This document shows positions 13,222 through 25,400 of a stretch of 64,000 nucleotides of DNA, piece after piece; the first letter of the stretch is position 1; each line of letters opens with the position of its first letter. Both the position numbers and the translations under genes were made by a program. The stretch comes from Antedon mediterranea (taxonomy: Eukaryota > Animalia > Echinodermata), in assembly GCF_964355755.1 (NCBI RefSeq), contig NC_092673.1, positions 19,775,648-19,839,647 of the forward strand, given 5' to 3'. The notes under the pieces were generated by a model, which worked only from the letters and a program-made list of their open reading frames with translations, did not search any database and had not been told where the DNA came from.

Positions 13222-13560
13222 TGTAAAACACTTTGTCAGGTTAGGTTATTATTTTTGTTTATGATGGGCGCTGCCATTTTTATCCTCGTACATGTATTGT
13301 TTAATAATTTAAATAGTTTTATTTCTTTTATGAATTTATAAAAATAATCAGATTATTAGAAATTAAAAATATATATCTTTTTTATTTATTTTAAAGATTT
13401 GAATAAATATAATTAATTTTAACAAAAATTTGCACAATACATTCAACTTTTCTTTGTGTAATACAATTTTAACATCCATGTTTCGCTCGTCGCATAGTGT
13501 AGCGCCATATTCTTAATTTAAATGCAGATAAGAACCATCTTAAGCCTAAATTATTACAAA
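13222..13560. promoter_or_regulatory. Bidirectional promoter region between POLM-like and SMIM8
   Basis: Divergent ATGs about 650 bp apart; YY1-like GCCATTTT (~13273) and CGCCATAT (~13503). Confidence 0.5.
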
Positions 13561-13873
13561 ATTTGGGTATTTTATATATTATTAATGTATGTATTGACAA
13601 TAAATTGACTTACTTTTCGCATTAGTCGTTTTTGTAGGCCTAGTTCCACTTAGCTCTAGTAATCCACAGTAATTGCATGGGATACAATGCAGTGCAATTG
13701 CGTTTTTAAAGTTTGTAGGTCGTTTCGGCCTCAGGCAATCTGCTTTAGATGGATCCTTTAGATTACAGTGCAGTAACTAACAGGATTTAAAGTTAATATT
13801 GCTGGGTTTTTTTTTCATTTTTCATTAGGTAGTAGTGTACTGGCATTTATAAATAATAACAACCGCAACAAAA

Positions 13874-14381
13874 ATGAGCAAAAGTAATCCACAAAAAGAC
13901 CCGGCTGCTGCGAAACCTGGATTAAGTGGTGTTAAAACAACTAACTTTTTTCGTGTATTCAACTTTGAACTTTTTGTCAAACCTGTAAGTTGTTCAAGGC
14001 TGTGTAAACACATCATTGATTGATACAACCGATATTCTTATTTGTTGGCCTGTTCCGTTTTTCTTAACTTTTTGTACACTGTATTCAAATACTGTCAATA
14101 TTTACTTGCTATATCTAGAATAACTTTTAGGCCAGAGGTAAATAAACAATATCACTTAAAACCTTTATTTGCTGAAGAGATTTACTGTTAACGGTCTGAG
14201 GTATTGCATTCCTTTTCAGAACAAAGTGGTGATGGCATTTGGCTTAGCAGCAATAACTGGTTGTGTGTGTTATATCGCGTATATGAATGCAATGAGTGAG
14301 AATAAACAAGACAAGCTTTATGAACAATATAACCCAGATGGAACTACAAGAATGCGCAGAAGCACCTCAAAATGGGATTGA
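13874..14381 (+). CDS. SMIM8: Small integral membrane protein 8
   Basis: Exon 13874-13984 (MSKSNPQKDPAAAKPGLSGVKTTNFFRVFNFELFVKP), GT..AG intron, exon 14220-14381 (NKVVMAFGLAAITGCVCYIAYM...SKWD*). Typical SMIM8 motifs ELFxKPNKxVMAFGL and SKWD. Confidence 0.93.
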
Positions 14382-14947
14382 GATTTACATTACCGGGCTT
14401 ACAGAGTTATTTATAAACCTTGTATAATATGGATGAAATATACGACGTAAAAATGAACACACCATCCTCTATAAACACAAATATAATATACAAATGTTTT
14501 TCTAATTATTTAACATGTAGAATCGTTTTATGGTAACGACAGTTCGTAACAGTGGCACCAGGGACACGCACAAAGTTATGCGCGCGTTAAACAGTTGATA
14601 TCATCTAGGCCTACACGGTACGTCTTTTGCGCCCCTCATGTGTAAATATACACATAGGACCACCAATTGTGTATATCATTTATACGTCACAGAAGTGTAT
14701 TACTGTACTTTAAAGATACTATAAATCTAATAATAATATGCCATGATGCAGGCCTACCGTAATAAATGATAATGCTGTATTAATATAACGTTTAAAACAA
14801 ATCCACAACGTTATTGCAACATATATTAAATCACATCTATATGACGTTCGTTATTATTGCTAAAAGTAAATAAAAGATTTTATCACGAACATGTCGACTT
14901 GTAATACACTGTTGTATAACCCAGTTTAAACAGAACATAATACCTAA

Positions 14948-15790
14948 AGATGTATTGTCCCTTGAAACACAAAAAATGAAGGTCAAAATATTCTAAATTT
15001 AAATTGGCCATATCAAAGCAATATTAGAGTTATTCACTTTAAGTCGAAAATTCGAGCCAAAAACAACAAGTTTACGTAATTAACAGGTGAATTAATTTGA
15101 TTACATTTCGCCTGGAAAATCGTCGCGAGCGAATATAAACAAAGATTTTTTTTTTTTTTTGTAACCATATTTAATGAGGGTGATCCATCCAGCTATTGCT
15201 GATCATTAGGGACCCTCAGAGCTTCACAAGACAAACATATACACAAGATGCTCTACATAAACAAAGTCTTATTACAAGTCTTTGGGAGTGGAGTAATTTG
15301 GCCCTTAGAAAAAATCCTGACATGTGACGGGACTTGAACCCAGGACCCTTGGAGTGGTAGACAAGCATCATAACCACCAAGCCACAACTCCACTCCAAAC
15401 CACGAGTATGCATTATGAATGATGCCAATTAGGATTGTTTACAACTTATCACGGTTGCCAATAGGGTAGAGAAGGTGTTTTCACACAGATCGCAAGGAAG
15501 TTTTTATGATACAGAGTAGCCAAACAAGCTCGTTGCATTATGAGATAATGTTTTTTAAAAAACCGGAAAAATTAATGTTTTCACTTATAAAATGACAAAA
15601 CAAATGGTTAAATTCAGCAGCCCATTTGACTATTTTTTTGCTTTGAATTACAGTTTTTTAGGTAAATACATTTTTTTCCGATCCGATTTTTGGTAAAAGT
15701 GAACTATTAGGCCTACTATTAGGTGGTAACATTAAATGGCATATTCAACAAATTGTTTAAGAATTATTTTTACAGGGGGACAATACATTT
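14948..15790. mobile_element. Kolobok-like MITE (opposite orientation to 2068-2614) interrupted by a tRNA-SINE
   Basis: Same TIR; colinear with the reverse complement of 2068-2614 except for the insert at 15146-15395. Confidence 0.8.
15146..15395 (-). mobile_element. tRNA-derived SINE with poly(A) tail
   Basis: The minus strand reads GTTGTGGCTTGGTGGTTATGATGC...GGGTTCAAGTCCC (A and B boxes); T-run at 15146-15160. Confidence 0.85.
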
Positions 15791-16157
15791 TTAATTTCAG
15801 CCTACTTCTTCCTATAAATGCGATGTTATGACATATGGCATTAATAAAGTTGTTGCGTAATGATGTCTACCACTATTAAGCATTGTTAAATTGATGATAA
15901 ATAATAGATAATGTATTCCCCTCCTGTCTATAGAGTTACGCACGCAGCCAATTTATTATGTTAAAATACTAATAGCTATTTAAACACATCGATTTTGTTT
16001 GATTAGTAATTTAGTATTAAAAACAAGCTATTAATAGAAACTTAACATTTCTAATATTTGCGTAACTCTTTAATCCAAATAGTGAAAACACGTTCTTGAC
16101 AATAAACTCATTATCGCAATGCACTGTGACATACTTTCTTAAACCTCCATTGAATGT

Positions 16158-16179
16158 GTAACCGTAGCAACAGTAAACA
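16158..16179 (+). promoter_or_regulatory. RFX X-box with adjacent forkhead site
   Basis: GTAACCGTAGCAAC followed after one base by GTAAACA, about 240 bp upstream of a candidate first coding exon. Confidence 0.55.
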
Positions 16180-16411
16180 ACAACCAACCGATTCGCATGA
16201 GTACGTCATAAGGTCCGACACAAAAAAAGGTTCGATAAAGTCGACAGGATTAACTCTACCCATTGAATTCGAGAAGTTGTTTCTTTTAATTGTAATACTG
16301 TCTAAGTTATTTCGGTATACATTACTCAATACTCAATCGTCTTCAATTAATTATTTTACGTTGTTAAACTTGTTGCTGATATTACGTCATGGAGAATTAT
16401 TAATATGACAC

Positions 16412-19400
16412 ATGAACAACGTTCGTAACTTACGATTTCTACTTCCACTCAAGAAAAGATGGGTTCAGATCGCCGGATCGACCACATGCTTCGTATTGCG
16501 TAAGTATTAAAATCAACCATTAATGCCTGATACGGTAATTAAGTAATTGTGAGGTGTTGTAAACAATATTATACATAACAAATGGAATATTTTTTTTTTG
16601 TCTTATGTAGGATCGACCCACTTTTATTTCTTCATCAATAAAATGTTCGTTTACAATGAGTACATTGAGCACATGAGTAATGTAATGATACAATACAATA
16701 TAATTGACATTAACTAACTTTCAGTACAAAAAAATTCCTCTATGTTATACACTCTTTACACGTTTTTCAATCCTTAACAATGTACGTATAATTTACCACA
16801 GAATTCTTAATTTTATAACTCTTTTTATCTCTTTCAGGCAAGTTATATTTTACTTTACCTAAATATCAATTTTATAAACGTTAATTTTATACCTTGCTAA
16901 ATTGTTACGGTCCATATCTGACCACATTTTTTTTGCCTTTTCTTTATTTATTAAAAACTCACAATTGATTATATCTTCTAACTCCGCAGTGAACATTAAC
17001 CATGGACATTTTTTAACAAGTCCTAGTCTGTGTTTGACTTTATTTTTATAAACACAGAAAGTTAAAATGGAAAATATTTCATTAATTTTGACATCATATT
17101 TTCCAAGTAAAATTTTCTCCCATGTAACTTCCTGAGTAAATGCAAAACATAACATAACAAATGGAATATTATCATATCATATCTTGTTTAGTGTATGAAG
17201 CTGTCATAAGTAGACGGTGAGAAAATGATTCGATGGTGATTTTTTTATTTGATTTGAATTATTTGCATCTCATTAAAAAACATGCACAGTTCATACGATT
17301 TAAATTTAAAAAGAAATTTACAGACTTACAGGATAGCCTATGAAAGTCCCGACGTGGGACTTTATTTCCAATGGGGTCCTCAATAACCAATTTAGAAAAG
17401 ACAAAAAAAAAATTACAATACATAAAACATGCTTAAAAATACTAGTACATTTAAATTACTGTACTTACCGTTGAATCACTATCACAGGTTCTAATTCTAA
17501 GATAATCTTTAACTTTTATTTTAAAATGTCAAATAGATTTGCTTTGTTTTATTAATATGGGCAGGGCATTAATTATCATTGATATAGGCCTATATTTATT
17601 ATGAAGAAGTGATGTTTTAAAATGGTTAGGCTCACCTTCCAACTAAGAATTCAATTATGACAATGGGTTTTGCTTCAGGCACTTTGAACAAAACACCTCA
17701 CAATAAAATAAAACCACAACAGTCAACTCATCCGACGAGCTAGGAAATATATATATTTGATCAACTCCACCACCACAACTTTCCGATACTATTTGTGCGT
17801 GTATTATACATAATAGTAATAATATCAGCGGCCGTACCCGTACGTCTCAAAATGCTACCAACATACTCGCGTATATTTTTCGCGTGAACAATATTGGTCG
17901 CCGCATGTTACACAAAATACATAGTTAATTCCAATAATGTATGCAACTAAAAAGAGCATTTAGGGGTATTTTATTAATAAATGTTTACTATACTACGTTT
18001 AAGTTGTTTGCCTTGGGAAACCATAATCGGCATGATATTGGTGGCGTTGATTATATTGGTTGCCATTAACTCATTTTCATTAAACTGTTTGATCAGGTTT
18101 TGGGTATGTATACTTAATTGAGGTGTATTGATATTTTCACAAGAATTATCAATAATCCACACCGAAGTGTCGCAAATAGGGCCTACAATCTTTACGAGCG
18201 GCATGGTCATCGTTTGTGAACACGTGCAATGTGATGGGTAGGCTACGAACAATTGGGCTATTAATAGATAAATTCTATTTCGTCATCAGCCTATGTCGCT
18301 ACGGAGTAGTACGAGAGAGAGTACCGCGCATGCGTATGCTAGTTGTACCGTTCATGTACATGCTGCTAGTCATTTTCACTTATCAGATAGAAGAATAAAT
18401 TTCCAAACTACAGTTTTTCAAAGTTTTTGTAGAATTTCCATCTAGACTGGTCAATTCAGATAAGTATATAGACACTATATACTTGTATATAGAGTTATCG
18501 TATAAAAGGAGGGACACATTAAGACCGCTATTAAGCACAGACCTCAAAAATGCATGTTTAAGAACAAACAAACCTGAAAGAATGTTTTTTAGAACAGGTT
18601 ATTTCTTGTTTTCTCTATGGAGAACAGTGATTATGTTATGCGCGATTTGAACGATTTGCGCAATTTGAAATTGCGCAAAAAAAATCCTTGCGCAATTTGA
18701 ATTGAAACATGTGTTTCAAATTGCGCAAGCAACGTATTAAATTGCGCAAGTAATCTGCAAATTGCGCAAGGTTTTTCGACAGATTGTGAAATCATGCACA
18801 CCCATATTTTTATAGTAATTTCTAAGAATGATTCAAAATTAAAGATAAATATCGCATTTCCTTATTTTAGTAGTGCAAATATTGTTATAAGTTAGCATAC
18901 CGTCGAAGAACCGACGAAGGAAAACGAAGCGGTGGTGTTACACCAGGCGGGCGCGGCGCGGGCGGCCGGCTATACTACTCTAGCCTAGCTAGGGTCTGGA
19001 CTACTGATACTGACTAGGTTACATGGCCTAGCTTAAACTAATATTAAAAACTTAATTTTTACATTTATTTTGATTTATTTCAAGTTACAGTGATAATATT
19101 ATTTAATTGTAATAATAAATGTTATGTATTTATTATACACATGTTATCTTCGCATTTATTATGTTTTATTTTGAGTTATTTAGTTTCCAATAAATTATTA
19201 TAATACCGATTGTCTGGTAGAATTTTGTTGCGCAATTTGAAAATTTACAGTTCGTTTTCAAATTGCGCAAAGGTGTCATATTGCGCAAGAACTATCTTGC
19301 GCAATTTACAAATTGTGCAGCGCAATTTAAAATTGCGCAAAGATTTTCTTGCGCAATTTGAAATTGCGCAAGTTGATTGCGCAATTTGAAATTGCGCAAA

Positions 19401-22400
19401 AAAATCCTTGCGCAATTTTAAATTGCGCAAGAATTCTTTGCGCAATTTCAAATTGCGCAAGGATTTTTTTGCGCAATTTCAAATTGCGCAAATCGTTCAA
19501 ATCGCGCATAACAATTACATTTCTACTACGCCTAGGTCAAGCGAGGGTTTTCCCGCCGGCGCGCTTCCCGCCGTAGTAGGCGATGAAGAGACGGACCCCC
19601 CGCTATCGCCAACAGCGAAGGGCTCATCGCTTGTAAATGTGTTAGCTGCAATGCAGCGTAGTATGACAGAGACTAATACACTGTTGGGCGAGCTTAGTAG
19701 AGCCAAGCCTATTCAATTGTCTTCAAATGAAGCAATTAACACACCAGCTTCACAGGAAGCATACACACTAGCTTCACAGGAAGCATACACTCCAGCTTCA
19801 CAGGAAGCATCAAATACTGCACATGCAGCACATACCTCTAATGATAACTCAAATAATCACCCCATATCGGAGGACGAGGCCTTGAGCATATTCGGAGGGG
19901 ATGAATTTGAAGAGGCTGAAGAGGTGGAGGAGGAAAATGTAGACTCCATCCTTAATCTAATAGATACGTCCCTATGTGTTGACAACACTGTTGGGCCTGA
20001 CATATCGGAAAAAATCGCAAAGATAATAAATGCTAAATTTGAATCTGCACTGAGTCTAGATAAACGCAAGGCTATCATTGAGAGATATAAGATACCGGGA
20101 AATCTAAAAGAAGTATATGTACCAAAAGTAAATGACCAAATTTGGAATGGACTGAAGTCTTTTAATAAACAAAGGGATCTGCGTGTAGCAGCCCTACAGG
20201 ACTCAGTCGTAAAGGCCACAAGTGCCATTGCTATTTGTATCGAAGATATGCTTAAGGCGAAAGAATCCAAAAAGGCTCCTGATTATAAGCTAACAGCTAC
20301 CCGCCTGTACTCTGTAGCCCTCTTGGGTTTTGTCAACAAAGAGTTATCGTATAAAAGGAGGGACACATTAAGACCGCTATTAAGCACAGACCTAAAAAAT
20401 GCATGTTTAAGAACAAACAAACCTGAAAGAATGCTATTTGGCAATGACTTAAAACAGGTTATGACTGATTCAAAACTGGAAGGGAGGATTATGAAAAACC
20501 AGGGACAAGTAGGCAGATATGCCCCATACACTACACAGAGAAGGCCTTTTTTACCTCAGAGAGGGTACAACCCTCAGACATATCGACAAAACTATCAACA
20601 ACACCAGGTAAATCCCCACGCCAGCGGACAAAGGGGACAGTCCGGACAGTACCAGGGAAAAAGAGGCAGGATGTTCAAGAATTACCGGCGATAGATTCAC
20701 AGGTAAAGGCACACTCTGTGTTAAATGATCTTAAACGATACTTAGACTATCGAGTAGAACATTTTGTTGGTGGCCAATTGAAAAAATTTATAGAAAAATG
20801 GCAAGAACTAACTTCTGATCATACAATCCTAAATTCAGTGAAGGGTGAAATAATACAATTTTTAAGTCCTCCACCACAAACCATTACACGTCCATCAAAT
20901 TTTATTGCAAAGAATCACATCAACTTAGTAGAACATGAAATACAGACACTGTTAACTAAACGTGTACTGGTTAAATGTGCATATGAACCAGGGGAATATG
21001 TATCTCCAATTTTTTCAGTTCCTAAGAAAGATAATAGGGTACGCATAATCTTAAATTTAAAATCACTAAACAAATATATTGAATATAAACACTTTAAAAT
21101 GGACACAATCAATACCGCATTAAGTATGATAACGAAGAATTGTTGGATGGCCTCTATTGACTTAAAGGATGCATATTATAGTGTGGGAATACACAAGAAT
21201 TCTCAGAAGTATCTAAAATTTCACTATCAGGGAGAACTTTATAAATTTACAGCATATCCAAATGGTCTTTCCTTTTGCCCACGAACATTCACCAAACTTT
21301 TAAAACCACCACTTAGTTTTCTGAGAAAGAGAGGACATATTTTATGTGCCTATATTGATGATTTACTATTAGTAGGATCCACATACAAGAGATGCGTTGA
21401 TACTATTATGGAAACAATAAAGATGTTTGATAATTTAGGTTTTGTCATACATCCTGAAAAATCAGTTTTTATACCTACACAAAGTATCACATTCTTAGGT
21501 TTTAACATTAATTCAGGTAATATGAAAATTAATTTGACAAGTCCAAAAATTGATCGACTTACTAACTGTATTACCAGGATATTGGCAACATCTACTCCAA
21601 CAATTCGAGAGATAGCACAGATTATTGGGTATATGGTGTCAAGCTTCCCTTCTGTACAATATGGTAAATGCCATTATCGGGCAGTGGAGAGGGATAAGAT
21701 TAATGCTTTAAAGACAGCCAGAGGAAATTTCGACTCTAAAATGTGCTTGTCGTCCTCGGCTATTGAGGATCTACAATGGTGGCTGATAAACCTACCACAA
21801 TGTTTTAATGTAATTGGACATTTAGCAATTGATTTAACTATTTACACAGACGCCTCTCTTTCTGGTTGGGGGGCAGCAATGGGTGAAGCCGCTACAGGTG
21901 GTCATTGGACAGTAAATGAGAGAAAATACCATATAAATTATTTAGAGCTATTAGCTGCATATTTTGGCCTGAAATCCTTTTCCAAACAAGTTCTAGGTAA
22001 ACAGGTAAAGCTCATGATTGACAATACTACTGCTGTTTCCATTATAAATAATATGGGAACATGTCACAGTGACCCTTGTAATGATATTACACGGACAATT
22101 TGGGCATTTTGTGAAAGTAATAATATTTGGATTACTGCAGCCCACATACCAGGAGTGCTTAATGTTACTGCTGATTTTGAATCTCGAAGACAGAATATAG
22201 ATACAGAATGGATGCTAAATTCTAAAACCTTATGTGAGGTTCTAACGAAACTTAATGTTCTACCCACAATTGATTTATTTGCATCAAGACTAAATAAACA
22301 ATTTGATAAATACATCTCTTACAGGCAAGATCCATATGCAACAGATATTGATGCGTTTACAATATCATGGCAAAATATATTATTCTATTGCTTTCCCCCT

Positions 22401-25400
22401 TTTAATTGTGTTCTCAGGGTTATACAGAAAATAATACAAGACAAGGCGCAGGGAATTCTAGTAGTACCAGATTGGCCATCCCAATCGTGGTACCCCATGC
22501 TGCTGGGGATACTCAAGGAAGCAACACAAATTCAACCGGCACCAGACCTTCTGTTGATGCCAGCACAACCGGGATTGATTCATCCTCTACACAAGAAACT
22601 ACGACTGCTCATATGTCATGTATCAGGAGAAGCTTATTATCAAAGGGATTTACCTCAGGCACAATAGAGATCATACTAGCATCGTGGCGAGCAGGAACAA
22701 AGGTTCAATATCAAACTATGGCTAACAGATGGTTTGAATTTTGTGAGAGAAAAAATTGTGACATTATTTCACCACATGTGACATTACCACTTGAGTTTTT
22801 ATCAGATATGTTTAATTCAGGTTTATCGTACAGTTCTATTAATACTGCTAGAAGTATGTTGTCTTCTCTTTTTGCTGTAGGTCAAGAGTATGCATCTTTT
22901 GGTCAATTACCTATTGTGAAACGCTTTATGAAGGGTATTTTTGAATTAAGACCATCTTTACCAAGGTACAGTTATACATGGAATGTCAATGTTGCCCTAG
23001 ATTACATCAGAGGGCAACCATCAATCAAAGAATCATCGCTGAAAGAAATATCACAAAGATTGGCGTTCTTATTGTGTCTTTTAAGTGGTCAAAGGTGCCA
23101 GACGATATTAAATCTCTCGATTGCAAATATGGAAAAGAGTGATCATAAAATTGTTTTCTATGTAACTGAAAAATTAAAGCATACACGGGTTGGCTCACAT
23201 CAAAAGCCATTGGAATTCAATGCGTTTCCATCTGACAAAAAATTATGCATTGTGTCTTTGTTGACAGAATATCTTTCACGTACAAGTGTTTTTCGCCAGG
23301 ATAAGGCACAGCTACTGTTAAGTTACATTTCCCCACATAAGCCGATTTCAAAGGATACAGTGTCCCACTGGGTAAAGAAATTCATGTGTAATGCAGGTAT
23401 AGATACAGTCCAATATAAGCCCCATAGTACCAGATCAGCCTCAGCTTCTCATCTTCTAAATAAAAATGTTGACCTAAACAACATCATGAAGTCAGCTGGT
23501 TGGGCTAAGGAGGAAACTTTTCAGAAATATTATAATCGTATAGCACCTCCTACTTTTAATTATGGTACTGCAGTTCTTGAGTCATGCTCAAGCGAGAAAT
23601 GAAGTGTTATTGAAACCATGTTTGCATTGTTTAAAGTTAATGTTTCTTATAGTTACTATCCAAAGGTATGTTTTACAGTGTTATTATACCTGAATGTTAT
23701 TTTTCCTGTAAGCAGTGTATAATACATGAAATACAGTGATTTCAGTTAATTATTTACAGACTAAAGTATCGTACTACATAGTTTTGTGGTAATAAAGTGT
23801 TTTCTATTGAAAGAATGTAAACGACTTGAATGACTGTTAATTTGTTTATTAATCTGTTTTTCCACCGTTTTGCGAATACTGGCTCACTGTGCTCTAAAGT
23901 CTCGTACTACTCCGTAGCGACATAGGCTGATGACGAAATAGAATTGAAAATTAAACGAGACTTACCTGTAAGTTGAAGTTTAATTGTAATTCTATGAGTC
24001 ATCAGCCGGGAGTGGAGGAGTTGTACGCCCTCCCTTACGTAGGTTGGCCCTGACCCAGACTCCTCCACTCTCCTCACTGAGCCTGTATTCTGCTCTAAAG
24101 ACTGGCATACGCATGCGCGGTACTCTCTCTCGTACAACTCCTCCACTCCCGGCTGATGACTCATAGAATTACAATTAAACTTCAACTTACAGGTAAGTCT
24201 CGTTTAATTTTCAATTAAATATAGAGTGATAGCCTTAGTACGAATGACTAGAGATCGCAGATCTATGTAACAAGTAATAGTGGATATTTCATTGTGTTTC
24301 TTATTTATATAGCTTAATTTTTTTCTTAAAGATGCATTGTTTCCCCAACATCAAAAATGAAGATTAATAAAATCAGACTTTGAATACGCCATTTTGTAGT
24401 TAATCACTTCTGTAGAAAAAAAACCTCGAAAATGTTTCACTTCAACCAAAAACTCTTTGGCTGACAGCCAATTTGACTATTTTTTTGCTTTAAATTACAG
24501 ATTTTTAGTTAAATAATTTCACTTCGATTCAATTGTTGGTCTAAGTGTTTGGTTTAAAATAGCATATTCAACAAAAACATTTAAATTCAGGGGGGAAATA
24601 CATCTTTAAAAGTCTTTGAATACGCCATTTTGTAGTTAATCACTTCTGTAGAAAAAAAACATCGAAAATGTTTCACTTCAACCAAAAACTCTTTGGCAGA
24701 CAGCCAATTTGACTATTTTTTGCTTTAAATTGCAGATTTTTAGTTAAATAATTTCACTTCGATTCAATTGTTGGCCTAAATGTTTGGTTTAAAATAGCAT
24801 ATTCAACAAAAACATTTAAATTCAGGGGGAAAATACATCTTTAAAAGTTAGCGATTTTAAAGTGAAGTTATAACTACCAAAGCTAAACTTTCCTTAAAGT
24901 GATTTTATAATGTGAATTTTAATTTAAATGCTGTCAGAATGGTCTGTTTTTGCTTGGTTAACAAACAATCATATATTTTAAAAACTGGTGGTACTCCAAG
25001 TACTCTCACTTGCACTGATAGTGTTGCCCGAAAGCTCTGCTACTTTTTCTGACTGTTTTACTTTATCGTTTTGATTTAGCTTTTTGCTTATTAATTTTAT
25101 CCATTGATTTTCAACCATCTCCATTGAGATCCAGGCACTGATACCCGCAGCATTGTAATTTTTTCAGTAATTTGTCTTTGGATTTATAAACTGGTGGTAT
25201 ATATAGTATTTGTAATATTGAATAAAAAACAAAAGTTAAGTTAACAACAACAATCCTTTAAGGTTGATTGCGTTAGGCCGCGGCAGTCATAGTAACATAA
25301 CACAATAGTTTACTTAAGAATACTTTGCAAATAGGATTTTGTTCATTATATATTTTACAAACAATAACACGACCTTGCCGCCGTCAAAAGAATTGAGTGT

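Larger units (their letters stand above)
18271..24216 (+). mobile_element. DIRS1-type tyrosine-recombinase retrotransposon, full length
   Basis: Left ITR 18271-18339 versus right ITR 24105-24170 plus right extension to 24216. ICR 23901-24027 is complementary to both outer ends. Gag, RT/RNaseH/MTase and YR ORFs are present, with AATT at both ends. Confidence 0.96.

Noticed and set aside
15216-15428. tRNA gene or small CDS
   Set aside because: The A/B boxes belong to a poly(A)-tailed SINE with a second copy at 11817-12075; there is no complete cloverleaf.
17974-18252. ORF repeated at 26253-26483
   Set aside because: The identity reflects the recent tandem duplication; the 5' ends are frame-discordant and no domain is recognisable.
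19225-19500. CRISPR-like array of palindromic repeats beside RT and recombinase genes
   Set aside because: The linkers are only 5-8 nt and partly mirror each other, there are no cas genes, and the context is eukaryotic. The array lies within the TIR arm of a TSD-flanked insertion.
19245-19576. ORFs with RNLKLRK repeats, and the 19408 gag start
   Set aside because: These are translations of the palindromic array from mostly non-ATG starts; the true gag ATG is at 18617.
23926-23940. Hammerhead ribozyme core (CTGATGA-C-GAAA) in the DIRS ICR
   Set aside because: Only 1 nt separates the conserved boxes, so stem II cannot form, and I found no stems I/III. The sequence is explained by ICR complementarity.
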